This document shows, piece after piece, positions 8,465-17,299 of a DNA stretch of 42,250 nt (the stretch's first letter is position 1; each line of letters opens with the position of its first letter). Source of the stretch: an uncultured Alphaproteobacteria bacterium (lineage in GTDB: Bacteria; Electryoneota; RPQS01); the NCBI GenBank assembly GCA_964370805.1, contig CAYJKM010000006.1:1-42250 (forward strand), in the 5' to 3' direction. The notes beneath the pieces were generated by a model. That model searched no databases. It had not been told where the DNA came from and was given only the letters and a program-made list of their open reading frames with translations. A program made the translations under genes and the position numbers.

Positions 8465-10159
8465 ATGAACTCACGCCTTCCGAATCTCTTACTGAATAAC
8501 AACCTGCTCTCGCAGGAGCAGTTCCTGATTTTCAAGTCGCGGCAAAAGGACTCCGGCAACTCGGTGGTCACGGAGCTGGCCAAGCTCGGCGTGATCAGTG
8601 AGGATCAAATTGCGACGTTTCTTGCGTCCTATTATGATTTGCCGAAGCTCGATTTGGAACAGTCGGAGATTCCTGAGGCCGTGCGCAAGCTGCTCTCGCC
8701 GGAGTTCATTCAGCGCTATCAGGTGCTGCCGGTCAAGCGCACGGGCAAAACGCTGCAGATTGCGCTTGTCGATCCCAGCATTGATTTCGTGCTGGAAGAC
8801 ATCAAGTTTATTACCGGTTTCAACGTCCAGCCCTGCATTGTGACGGAAACGCAGTTTCTGCGCGCCATCGAGCTTTACTATCATATGGGCGGGACGCTGG
8901 ACAAGATCCTCAAAGATATTGGGGACGATCCGGGTGTGGAGTTGGTACAGACGAAGGGCGACGCGGAGATGGACAAGCTCCGCGAAGAAATCGAAGCCGC
9001 GCCGATCGTCAAGCTGCTCGATGGGATTATTGCCGACGCCGTTCAAAGGGGGGCATCGGATATTCACATTGAACCGTACGAGCAGACGCTGCGCGTCCGC
9101 TTTCGCATCGACGGTGTGCTGGCCGAGGTGATGTCGCCGCCCTATCACATGCGGAATGCGATCATCTCGCGGGCGAAGATCATGGCGAATCTCAATATCG
9201 CCGAGCGCCGCGTGCCGCAAGACGGTCACATCAAGATGAAGCTGTCGGACCGCACGATTGACTTGCGCATGTCCACCTTGCCGACTCTGTATGGCGAGAA
9301 GGTCGTGATGCGAATTCTCGATAAGTCGAACTTGACGCTCGACCTGAGTACGTTCGGATTCGAGGAGAAAGCGCTGGAAGATTTTGCCAAAGCGATTCGC
9401 GCGCCTTACGGAATGATCCTGGTGACCGGACCGACTGGTTCCGGCAAAACCACAACGTTGTACAGCTGTTTAGCCAAGCTGAACTCGCCGACCGTGAACA
9501 CGATGAGTGCGGAAGACCCCGTTGAGTACAACTTTTCGGGATTGAATCAGGTGCAAGTGCGGGATGAAGTGGGGCTGACGTTCGCCACCGCGCTCAAGGC
9601 GTTCTTGCGGCAGGACCCGGATATCATCATGATCGGCGAGATTCGCGATTTGGAGACCGGATCGATTGCCGTGCGCGCCGCGTTGACGGGTCACTTGGTG
9701 CTCTCGACCTTGCATACCAACTCGGCATCGGCGACCATTTCACGTATGACGGACATGGGAATCGAGCGCTTTCTCGTGTCATCGTCACTTACTTTGATCG
9801 TGGCGCAGCGGTTGATTCGCAAGATCTGTCCGAAATGCAAGGTGCCGGTCGAGGTTCATCCCGAGGCGCTCTGCGAAATCGGCATGGATCCGGTCAAGAA
9901 TAAGGGTCGGCTGTTTTACCACGGAGCCGGCTGCCTCGACTGCAACAACAGCGGTTATCGAGGGCGAAGCGGCATCTACGAAGTGATGCCGATCTCGCCG
10001 AAAATCCGCACCATGATTCTGGACGGCAAGTCGGCGGCCGAATTAGAGGAGACGGCCGTGGCGGAGGGCATGCTGACGCTGCGTCAAGGTGCATTGAAGA
10101 AGTTTGAGCGCGGCATAACGACCATCGAAGAAGTGCTTCGCGTGACCGGTGATTTCTAA
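8465..10159 (+). CDS. pilB: Type IV pilus assembly ATPase PilB
   Basis: ASDIHIEP, GPTGSGKTT, EDPVE, RQDPDIIMIGEIRD, TGHLVLSTLH, CPKC...CLDC tetracysteine motif. Confidence 0.96.
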   Translation: MNSRLPNLLLNNNLLSQEQFLIFKSRQKDSGNSVVTELAKLGVISEDQIATFLASYYDLPKLDLEQSEIPEAVRKLLSPEFIQRYQVLPVKRTGKTLQIALVDPSIDFVLEDIKFITGFNVQPCIVTETQFLRAIELYYHMGGTLDKILKDIGDDPGVELVQTKGDAEMDKLREEIEAAPIVKLLDGIIADAVQRGASDIHIEPYEQTLRVRFRIDGVLAEVMSPPYHMRNAIISRAKIMANLNIAERRVPQDGHIKMKLSDRTIDLRMSTLPTLYGEKVVMRILDKSNLTLDLSTFGFEEKALEDFAKAIRAPYGMILVTGPTGSGKTTTLYSCLAKLNSPTVNTMSAEDPVEYNFSGLNQVQVRDEVGLTFATALKAFLRQDPDIIMIGEIRDLETGSIAVRAALTGHLVLSTLHTNSASATISRMTDMGIERFLVSSSLTLIVAQRLIRKICPKCKVPVEVHPEALCEIGMDPVKNKGRLFYHGAGCLDCNNSGYRGRSGIYEVMPISPKIRTMILDGKSAAELEETAVAEGMLTLRQGALKKFERGITTIEEVLRVTGDF

Positions 10160-10171
10160 GTGGAGAGCAAT

Positions 10172-11083
10172 ATGAGAAGCCGTTTGTCACTTTATCTGAA
10201 CGATCTCTCGCTTGAGGAGATCCTCTATCTCGAAGAAGAACTCGAGCGACGGAAAGAAAAGTACCGCAAGCACTACGCGGTCTTGTCCGTGCAGACTGAT
10301 CCGCCGGTGCTGCGGGCGGAAAGCGCGCTGCCGCTGCAGCAATTGACCCGCGACCTGCGCCGCTACATGGGGGAATGTGCCGCCGTGGGCGCGGGAACCA
10401 TTCTGACCTATTCGCCGGAAATGTCTGTACTGCTCTTTCATTCGGTCGAGAACGCAAGCCGCACGTGCTCGGCTTTGCTCAGCGGCCTGCCGGAACTGAA
10501 CGGGCGGGCCGGCCACACCTCATACCGAGTCAATTTGAAGATGGGAATCGCCGCCGGGACGGACATCCTCGCCCCCGGCTCGCCGCGTTGCGTGCGGAAA
10601 TCCATCTTGGTGAAACGGGCTAATCAATGCGCGTGGCGAAGCGCGGCGGGCACGGTGATGATGGATGAGAACAGCTATCAGGAGTGGCCGGAGAAATTCT
10701 CGGCGGTGCGGGTGCCGGTGGAAATCGAGGGACAGCACATTTATCGTGCCGTTCCCGGGACCATCGGCCGCGACAGCGACCGCTATGACAACGAAGCGCT
10801 GAACACGTTCCTGAACAAGGTGTGCGACGCGCAGCTCGGCACGTTGAAATACGGCACGGAACGTATCGACGCGAAGGACATCGGCAGCAGCTGGGGAACG
10901 GCCGTCGATTCGCTGGAGCTGCGGCTCGAAGCCTACGATCCAAAGACGGGTAGAAACCTCAGTTACTCCGAGCGGATCGCGATCGCGGATTATTCGGATC
11001 GCATGGAGACGGTTAAACGCCTGCTAAGCGGAGTCGGACTGGCCTTAGTGCGGCATGAAACGTCGGTCACGTCCGGCGTGTGA
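10172..11083 (+). CDS. Class III nucleotidyl-cyclase-fold protein with degenerate catalytic motifs
   Basis: Pattern YAVLSVQTD...GTILTYSPEMSVLLF...LKMGIAAG...VKRANQC...AAGTVMMDENSY follows the cyclase-homology layout; GGAGAG RBS. Confidence 0.6.
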   Translation: MRSRLSLYLNDLSLEEILYLEEELERRKEKYRKHYAVLSVQTDPPVLRAESALPLQQLTRDLRRYMGECAAVGAGTILTYSPEMSVLLFHSVENASRTCSALLSGLPELNGRAGHTSYRVNLKMGIAAGTDILAPGSPRCVRKSILVKRANQCAWRSAAGTVMMDENSYQEWPEKFSAVRVPVEIEGQHIYRAVPGTIGRDSDRYDNEALNTFLNKVCDAQLGTLKYGTERIDAKDIGSSWGTAVDSLELRLEAYDPKTGRNLSYSERIAIADYSDRMETVKRLLSGVGLALVRHETSVTSGV

Positions 11084-11111
11084 CAAACGTCAGCGAAACA
11101 GAGAAAGCATC

Positions 11112-12224
11112 ATGAAACTGGACATTCGCACATTGTTGCGTGAATTGATCGATGCGAAGGGAAGCGACCTGCATTTGACGGTCAACAGTCCGCCGCGCAT
11201 TCGCGTGGATCAGCAGATCATCAGCCTGAAATACGACTCCATGACCGCGGAGGACTGCAAAGGTCTCGCCTACAGCATTCTGACCGACAAGCAGCAGAAG
11301 AAGTTGGAGTTGGACTTTGAAGTGGATTTCGCCTTCGGACTGGAGGGGATTTCGCGGTTCAGAGGGAACATCTTCGTGCAGCGCGGCTCGCTGTCGACGG
11401 TGATTCGCGCAATTCCCTGGAAAATTCCCACCGTAGAACAGTTGAAGCTTCCCAAGATTTGCCAGTCGTTTCCGAACAAGCCGAAAGGGTTGATTCTGGT
11501 GACCGGTCCGACCGGCTCGGGCAAGTCAACGACGCTGGCGGCAATCATTGATCGGATCAACAGCGAGCGACCGGTTCATATTATCACGGTTGAAGATCCT
11601 GTCGAGTATATCCATTCGCACAAGCAAGCGATCGTCAATCAACGTGAGGTCGGCGCCGACACCAAGAGTTTCGCCACGGCACTCAAGTACGTGCTGCGGC
11701 AAGACCCGGACGTCATCATGGTCGGTGAGATGCGCGATTTGGAGACGATCCAGGCTGCACTTACGGCCGCGGAAACGGGTCACCTTGTGTTTGCGACACT
11801 GCACACAAATTCGGCAACGGAGTCCGTGAACCGTATCATCGACGTGTTTCCGCCGCACCAGCAGGGGCAAGTGCGGGCGCAGCTTTCGATGACACTGGAG
11901 GCAGTGATGACGCAGAAGCTGCTGCCGCGCAAAGTGGGCGGCGGCGTAATCCTGTCGGCGGAGGTGATGATCTGCACTCCTGCAATTCGAGCGCTGGTCC
12001 GCGAGAACAAGGTTCATGAGATGTACGGAGTAATTCAGGTCTCTCAGAAGTATGGCATGCAGACCATGAATATGTCGTTGCAAGACTTGGTCACGACGGG
12101 GCAGATTTCGAGCGAACGCGGCATGAACGCCTCCAACCTGCCGGAAGAGTTGGAACGCATGTTGGGAATTTCGCGGCCAAACCCGGCCGACCGGGCGCGC
12201 AATTTGGCGGGGAAGATGATCTAA
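11112..12224 (+). CDS. pilT: Type IV pilus retraction ATPase PilT
   Basis: SDLHL, GPTGSGKST, LRQDPDVIMVGEMRD, ETGHLVFATLHT, AIRALVRE (AIRNLIRE-like). Confidence 0.95.
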   Translation: MKLDIRTLLRELIDAKGSDLHLTVNSPPRIRVDQQIISLKYDSMTAEDCKGLAYSILTDKQQKKLELDFEVDFAFGLEGISRFRGNIFVQRGSLSTVIRAIPWKIPTVEQLKLPKICQSFPNKPKGLILVTGPTGSGKSTTLAAIIDRINSERPVHIITVEDPVEYIHSHKQAIVNQREVGADTKSFATALKYVLRQDPDVIMVGEMRDLETIQAALTAAETGHLVFATLHTNSATESVNRIIDVFPPHQQGQVRAQLSMTLEAVMTQKLLPRKVGGGVILSAEVMICTPAIRALVRENKVHEMYGVIQVSQKYGMQTMNMSLQDLVTTGQISSERGMNASNLPEELERMLGISRPNPADRARNLAGKMI

Positions 12225-12249
12225 AACAACCATAGCGGTAGGGTTTACA

Positions 12250-13455
12250 ATGCCGGTATTCGTTTATAGTGGCCGCACCGCGGGGGCGAAGACCGTCGCC
12301 GGTGAAATTGAGGCCAAAGACAAGCAGGATGCGGTCGCCAAGCTGCGTCACCGCAAGATTGTCGTCGCCGAAGTCAAGTCCAAGCCGAAGGAAATTTCCT
12401 TTGCGGCCGGGCTGATGACCAAGGTCGGCACCAAGGACTTGAAGATTTTTGCCAGGCTGTTCGGTACGATGATCAATGCAGGTTTGCCGATTGACATGTG
12501 CCTGCAGATTCTCTCCGAGCAAACCAAGAACAAGGTGTTCCGCCGCGCCATCGCCGAGGTGCACGGGTCTGTATCCGGTGGGGCGGGGCTGGCCGAGGCC
12601 ATGTCCAAGCACAAGAAAGTGTTCGACAACCTGTTTGTGCACATGGTGGCGGCGGGCGAGACAAGCGGCGCGCTCGCGAATGTGTTCAGCCGGCTGGCCC
12701 TCTACCTGGAAAAAGCGCATGCGCTCTCGCGCAAGGTAAAAGGCGCGATGATTTACCCTGCCGTCATTGCCATGGTAGCCACCGGTGCGACCATCTTCCT
12801 TTTGATCAAGGTGATTCCAGTATTCGCCAAGATGTTCGCCGACCTGGGCGCTGAATTGCCCGGACCGACGAAGTTCGTGCTGGCGCTCTCCGACGTCGTG
12901 AGACGCACGTTCCTGCCGGGCGTGGGCTTAACGATCGTGGGGATTTTCATCTTCAAGCGCTGGCACCATACAGAGCGCGGCAAGCATACGGTGGACAAGC
13001 TGCTGCTGAAGATGCCGGTAATCGGAGGAGTGATTCGCAAGACCGCCGTCGCGCGATTTACGCGCACGCTGGGGGTGTTGATCTCGTCCGGCGTGCCCAT
13101 TCTTCAGGGACTCGACATTACCGCCAAGACGTCAGGCAACATGGTAATCCAGTACGCCATTGAGAAGGTGCGCAAGTCGATTTCCGAAGGCAAGACGATT
13201 ACCACGCCGCTCATGGAATCGGGCGTCTTTCCGGCGATGGTCGTTCAATTGGTTGCCGTGGGCGAACAGACGGGGCGACTGGCGGAGATGTTAGGAAAGA
13301 TTGCCGATTTTTATGATGAGGAAGTGGACGCGGCAGTTTCAGCGATGACGTCGCTCATTGAGCCGATCGTGATTGTGCTCATGGGCGCTGTGATCGGCGG
13401 CTTGCTGGTCTCGATGTACTTGCCGATGTTCGACATGATTGGCGCGATCAAATAG
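12250..13455 (+). CDS. pilC: Inner-membrane platform protein PilC (GspF family)
   Basis: AGETSG, KVKGAMIYP, SGVPILQGL, GEQTGRL, SLIEP, MYLPMF. Confidence 0.96.
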   Translation: MPVFVYSGRTAGAKTVAGEIEAKDKQDAVAKLRHRKIVVAEVKSKPKEISFAAGLMTKVGTKDLKIFARLFGTMINAGLPIDMCLQILSEQTKNKVFRRAIAEVHGSVSGGAGLAEAMSKHKKVFDNLFVHMVAAGETSGALANVFSRLALYLEKAHALSRKVKGAMIYPAVIAMVATGATIFLLIKVIPVFAKMFADLGAELPGPTKFVLALSDVVRRTFLPGVGLTIVGIFIFKRWHHTERGKHTVDKLLLKMPVIGGVIRKTAVARFTRTLGVLISSGVPILQGLDITAKTSGNMVIQYAIEKVRKSISEGKTITTPLMESGVFPAMVVQLVAVGEQTGRLAEMLGKIADFYDEEVDAAVSAMTSLIEPIVIVLMGAVIGGLLVSMYLPMFDMIGAIK

Positions 13456-13462
13456 GCTGTCG

Positions 13463-14998
13463 ATGCGAATCAGCTTCGAAACAGGAAAGAACTTCTCGGC
13501 CTACCTGGCAGCACGGCTCATTTTCGTGACCGTGCTGTTGGGGGTGGCGGCGATCTTTCGTCCGGCCGCAGGAAACTTGCTGACTTATTTGGCGTTGTTC
13601 GCGGCAAATTCGGCGTTAAGTTTGGGCGGTTGGGAGTGGTACCGGCAATGGCCGTCGCTCAAGCTGTTGAAAGGCGTGACACTGACACTGGCCGTGGTGC
13701 TTGACACTTTGGCGCTCTATTACACCGGCGGCGGACTGAATGTGTTCATGTTTCTGTACTTTTTCTCCGTGAGCGCGGCCGGGCTGCTCACGGGCTTCGC
13801 CGGGAGCATGTGGACTGCGCTGCTGTCCGTCGGGGGTCTGATCTGGCTGGAAGTCCAGCGCGCCGGAATGCTTCAGCCCAGCGCGCGCATGGTAATTTTC
13901 ATCTATGGGCTCAACCTGGTACTGACGGCGGCATTGGCCTCCTATCTGTTTGCCTGGTTCCGGGACCGCGAAGCGAAGCATAAGGCAACGCTCGGCGAAC
14001 TGAAGCAAATCCGGCTTGACACACAGTCAATATTGGACTCGGTGAGCGCCGGAGTCTTGGTGGTGAATGCAGACCGAGGCGTGCTGTACTCTAATCCGTC
14101 ATGCCGAATGTTGCTGGGTTTGCCGGCGGACGCACACACCGCGCAAATTGAATCGTGCCTGCAACCGGGCCGGCCATTGGGCGACGTGCTGGCACGGGCC
14201 GGCGAGTACGCGAACGGAGAATTCAATCCGCGCATTAACGGCGAGCATGAGCGCGTGCTCGGATATACGTTGTCTCCTCTGCCCGATGTACAAGGGAATG
14301 TCCGAGGTCACGTCCTGCTGCTGGCCGACTTGACTCCGATGAAAGCGGCGGAGCGAGCGGATCGTGAACGGGAGCGGTTGGCTGCCGTCGGCATGTTATC
14401 CCGCGATCTCGCGCATGAGATTCGGAATCCCCTGGCCACTGTCCGAGGCTGCGTGGAGATGATGAGGTCAGTCGGCAATGACGCCCAGGAGCGAAATCGC
14501 TTTCTCGATTTGGCATTGAAAGAGTCCGATCGATTGAACAACTTGCTTCGCGATTTCCTGACTTTTGCCAAGCTGGAGCCGGTGCGAAAGGAGCATCTGG
14601 ACTTGGCGGAGTTCGTCCGGCGTCGCCTGCCGGGCAAAGCGTCGTCATTAAAGCTGATTGATCATCTGCCCCCGTCGCTGACGGCCGAATATGACCCGGA
14701 GCAACTCGGCCTAATTATCGACGCGGTGCTGTTGTCCCTCGTGGAGTGGGCGGAAGGAGACGGAGAGGTTCAACTTGAGTCCGGCCGCAACGGCCACCAG
14801 GCGATTCGATTCCTATTGAAAGGGAAGACGATTCCGGAAGAAACCAGGAGCGCTGTTTTTCAGCCGTTTTCCGGCGTGAATCGTGCATCATTCGGTCTGG
14901 CGCTGCCGACCGCGCTGCGCGCCGTTCACGCACACGGAGGCAGTTTGACTCTGAACAGTGAGCCCGGTATTGGCACTTGGTTCGAACTAAAACTCTGA
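13463..14998 (+). CDS. pilS: PilS-like membrane sensor; H-box intact, ATP-binding domain degenerate
   Basis: About 6 TM segments, PAS-like region, LAHEIRNPL; position between pilC and pilR; N, G1 and G2 boxes altered. Confidence 0.8.
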   Translation: MRISFETGKNFSAYLAARLIFVTVLLGVAAIFRPAAGNLLTYLALFAANSALSLGGWEWYRQWPSLKLLKGVTLTLAVVLDTLALYYTGGGLNVFMFLYFFSVSAAGLLTGFAGSMWTALLSVGGLIWLEVQRAGMLQPSARMVIFIYGLNLVLTAALASYLFAWFRDREAKHKATLGELKQIRLDTQSILDSVSAGVLVVNADRGVLYSNPSCRMLLGLPADAHTAQIESCLQPGRPLGDVLARAGEYANGEFNPRINGEHERVLGYTLSPLPDVQGNVRGHVLLLADLTPMKAAERADRERERLAAVGMLSRDLAHEIRNPLATVRGCVEMMRSVGNDAQERNRFLDLALKESDRLNNLLRDFLTFAKLEPVRKEHLDLAEFVRRRLPGKASSLKLIDHLPPSLTAEYDPEQLGLIIDAVLLSLVEWAEGDGEVQLESGRNGHQAIRFLLKGKTIPEETRSAVFQPFSGVNRASFGLALPTALRAVHAHGGSLTLNSEPGIGTWFELKL

Positions 14999-15004
14999 GA
15001 TACG

Positions 15005-16369
15005 ATGAGCAAGGAACGCATCCTAATCGTTGATGATGAGCACAGCATGGGCGAGTTTCTCACGCTGGTGCTCAGCAAAGAAGGCTACCGGGTCCGGGCC
15101 GTGACATCGGGCAAACTGGCGTTGATCGTCCTGGACGAAGAGCCGTATCAATTGATGATTACCGATCTGCGCATGCCCGAGATGAGCGGACTCGATCTCG
15201 TTGCCGCCGCCCGTCGCCGCTTTCCCGAGCTGGGTGTCGTTGTCATGACAGCTTTTGCTTCACTGGAATCCGCGGTAGAGGCGCTGCGTCTGGGCGCGTC
15301 GGACTACATCACGAAGCCGTTTCAGGTGGACGAGATCCGCGTGGTTGTCGAGAAAGCGCTTGACGGCTTGAACATCCGGCGTGAAAACCGGAAGCTCAAA
15401 GAGAAGCTTGCGGCGGATGGGGTGTTGCCGGCGATCATCGGGCGATCCGAGGAAACGGCGAAACTGCTGGCGCTGATCCAGCGGGTCGCGCCGTCCGACT
15501 CGACGATTCTGATTACGGGCGAGTCCGGAACCGGCAAGGAAGTCGTCGCGCAAGTGATTCACCAAATGTCCGAGCGCGCATCCGGGGAATTTGTTACGAT
15601 TAATTGCGGCGCGCTGCCGGACACGCTCTTGGAGAGCGAACTGTTCGGTCACGTCCGCGGAAGCTTCACCGGAGCGGTGCGGGACAAAGAGGGCTTATTC
15701 AAGGTGGCCAGCGGCGGGACGTTGTTTCTGGATGAAGTTGGGGATATGTCACCGGCTCTGCAGGTGAAGCTGCTGCGTGCGTTGCAGGAACGAGAGATCC
15801 TGCCGGTGGGCGCGACCAAGCCGATCAAGATTGATGTGCGCGTGATCGCGGCGACGAATTCTGACCTCGAAAAAAAGCAGCGCGCAGGCGAATTCCGTTC
15901 GGACCTCTATTATCGGTTGTCGGTGATCCCGATCCATATCAAGGCGCTGCGCGAGCGCCGGGATGATATTCTTGATCTCAGCGAGCATTTCCTCGAACGC
16001 GCGTGCCGCCGTCATGGGGTGTCATCGAAGGTGTTGTCGGACGAAACACGGCACTTGTTCATGGCCTATTCATGGCCGGGGAACGTGCGCGAACTTGAAA
16101 ATACGATTGAACGATCGGTCATTCTGAGCGAGACGACAGTTATCGATCCTGCGGCGTTGCCCGGGAAGATCTGTTCGGCGGAGTCGAGCAGCTTTCAGAT
16201 GCGGGCGCCGGGGAGCAACGGGACACTGGAGGACATGGAGCGCAACTATCTGCTCAAGGTGTTAGAAGAGACGGGCTGGCAGAAGAAGAAGGCGTCGGAG
16301 ATTCTCGGTATCGATCCTTCAACTATCTATCGAAAGTTGCAGCGCTACGGGATTGAAGCGCCGAAGTAG
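15005..16369 (+). CDS. pilR: sigma54-dependent response regulator (PilR-like)
   Basis: Receiver DD...TDLRMP...[29 protein letters not shown], Fis HTH. Confidence 0.9.
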   Translation: MSKERILIVDDEHSMGEFLTLVLSKEGYRVRAVTSGKLALIVLDEEPYQLMITDLRMPEMSGLDLVAAARRRFPELGVVVMTAFASLESAVEALRLGASDYITKPFQVDEIRVVVEKALDGLNIRRENRKLKEKLAADGVLPAIIGRSEETAKLLALIQRVAPSDSTILITGESGTGKEVVAQVIHQMSERASGEFVTINCGALPDTLLESELFGHVRGSFTGAVRDKEGLFKVASGGTLFLDEVGDMSPALQVKLLRALQEREILPVGATKPIKIDVRVIAATNSDLEKKQRAGEFRSDLYYRLSVIPIHIKALRERRDDILDLSEHFLERACRRHGVSSKVLSDETRHLFMAYSWPGNVRELENTIERSVILSETTVIDPAALPGKICSAESSSFQMRAPGSNGTLEDMERNYLLKVLEETGWQKKKASEILGIDPSTIYRKLQRYGIEAPK

Positions 16370-16521
16370 CCAATTAACAACCGTGAATTCTGTGGAAAAC
16401 CCGCAAGTCGCAAAACCGTTGCAGAGTGCGACGAGAAACATCGACATGCGAGAGCGGAACGGCACGGATCAGATGCGTTTAGTATTGGAATCACATGGAA
16501 TTGAGTGTAGTAGCGTAAGTA

Positions 16522-16537
16522 TGGCATGACGCTTGCC
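16522..16537 (+). promoter_or_regulatory. sigma54 promoter of the pilin gene
   Basis: TGGCAT-GACGC-TTGCC. Confidence 0.75.
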
Positions 16538-16597
16538 AATAGACATGACAGAAAGCGCAAGGCTGAAAGTAACCATTAAGTGGAATTTGGAGGAAAG

Positions 16598-17020
16598 ATG
16601 TTGAAAGCATTTCGCACCAAGAAGGGCCGCAAGGGTTTCACGCTGATTGAACTTCTGGTCGTGATCGTGATTATCGGTATTCTGGCTGCGGTGGCCGTGC
16701 CTCGGTTTATGGGCGCTCAGGATCGTGCCCGCATCGGCGCGGCGCGCGCTGACGTGGATCAGTTCCGTCAGGCGCTGGGTATGTATGAAATCGATTATGC
16801 GGATTATCCGGCGGCCATGACACTGGCGAACGCCACGGCGACGCTGGTGGATCCGCAGGGCAATCCATACATGTCACTGCCGTCGGGCGCCAATTTTGCC
16901 GTCTTCACCTACACGTATGACGGCGCGGCCTCACCGACGTCCTACACCATTGACGTCGAGTGCCTGGACAATGCCGGCACGACCCTGACCGCATCACCGG
17001 ACGGAGTGGTTCAGAACTAA
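16598..17020 (+). CDS. pilA: Major type IV pilin (GspG-like sequence)
   Basis: Class III signal KG|FTLIELLVVIVIIGILAAVAVP; own promoter, GGAGG RBS and terminator; follows pilSR. Confidence 0.85.
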   Translation: MLKAFRTKKGRKGFTLIELLVVIVIIGILAAVAVPRFMGAQDRARIGAARADVDQFRQALGMYEIDYADYPAAMTLANATATLVDPQGNPYMSLPSGANFAVFTYTYDGAASPTSYTIDVECLDNAGTTLTASPDGVVQN

Positions 17021-17067
17021 GCTCAAGACCATCGCGCAGGTCAACCTGCGACGGGTCAGGAGGGGAC

Positions 17068-17105
17068 AGACAAACCCCCGGGACGAGATCCCGGGGGTTT
17101 GTTTT
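17068..17105 (+). terminator. Strong terminator after the pilin
   Basis: ACAAACCCCCGGGA-CGAGA-TCCCGGGGGTTTGT then TTT. Confidence 0.85.
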
Positions 17106-17239
17106 GAGCCGGGACAGCGAATGTTACGCGGCAAAATGCGCCCGGTTCATCGCAGAGGATTGCATCGCCATTGCCGCTGCATTTCAGACCAGCCTCGCAA
17201 CTCCTTGCATAATCTGGTGTAGCACTACTGACCTAAGCA

Positions 17240-17255
17240 TGGCATATCCCTTGCA
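17240..17255 (+). promoter_or_regulatory. sigma54 promoter of the downstream operon
   Basis: TGGCAT-ATCCC-TTGCA. Confidence 0.8.
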
Positions 17256-17299
17256 AACAGTTGCACTAACGGCAATAACATCTCGTAACGACGGGAATT

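Noticed and set aside
13463-14998. pilS as a pseudogene
   Set aside because: The ORF is uninterrupted, of normal length, retains structural motifs to the last strand, and ends 6 nt before pilR.
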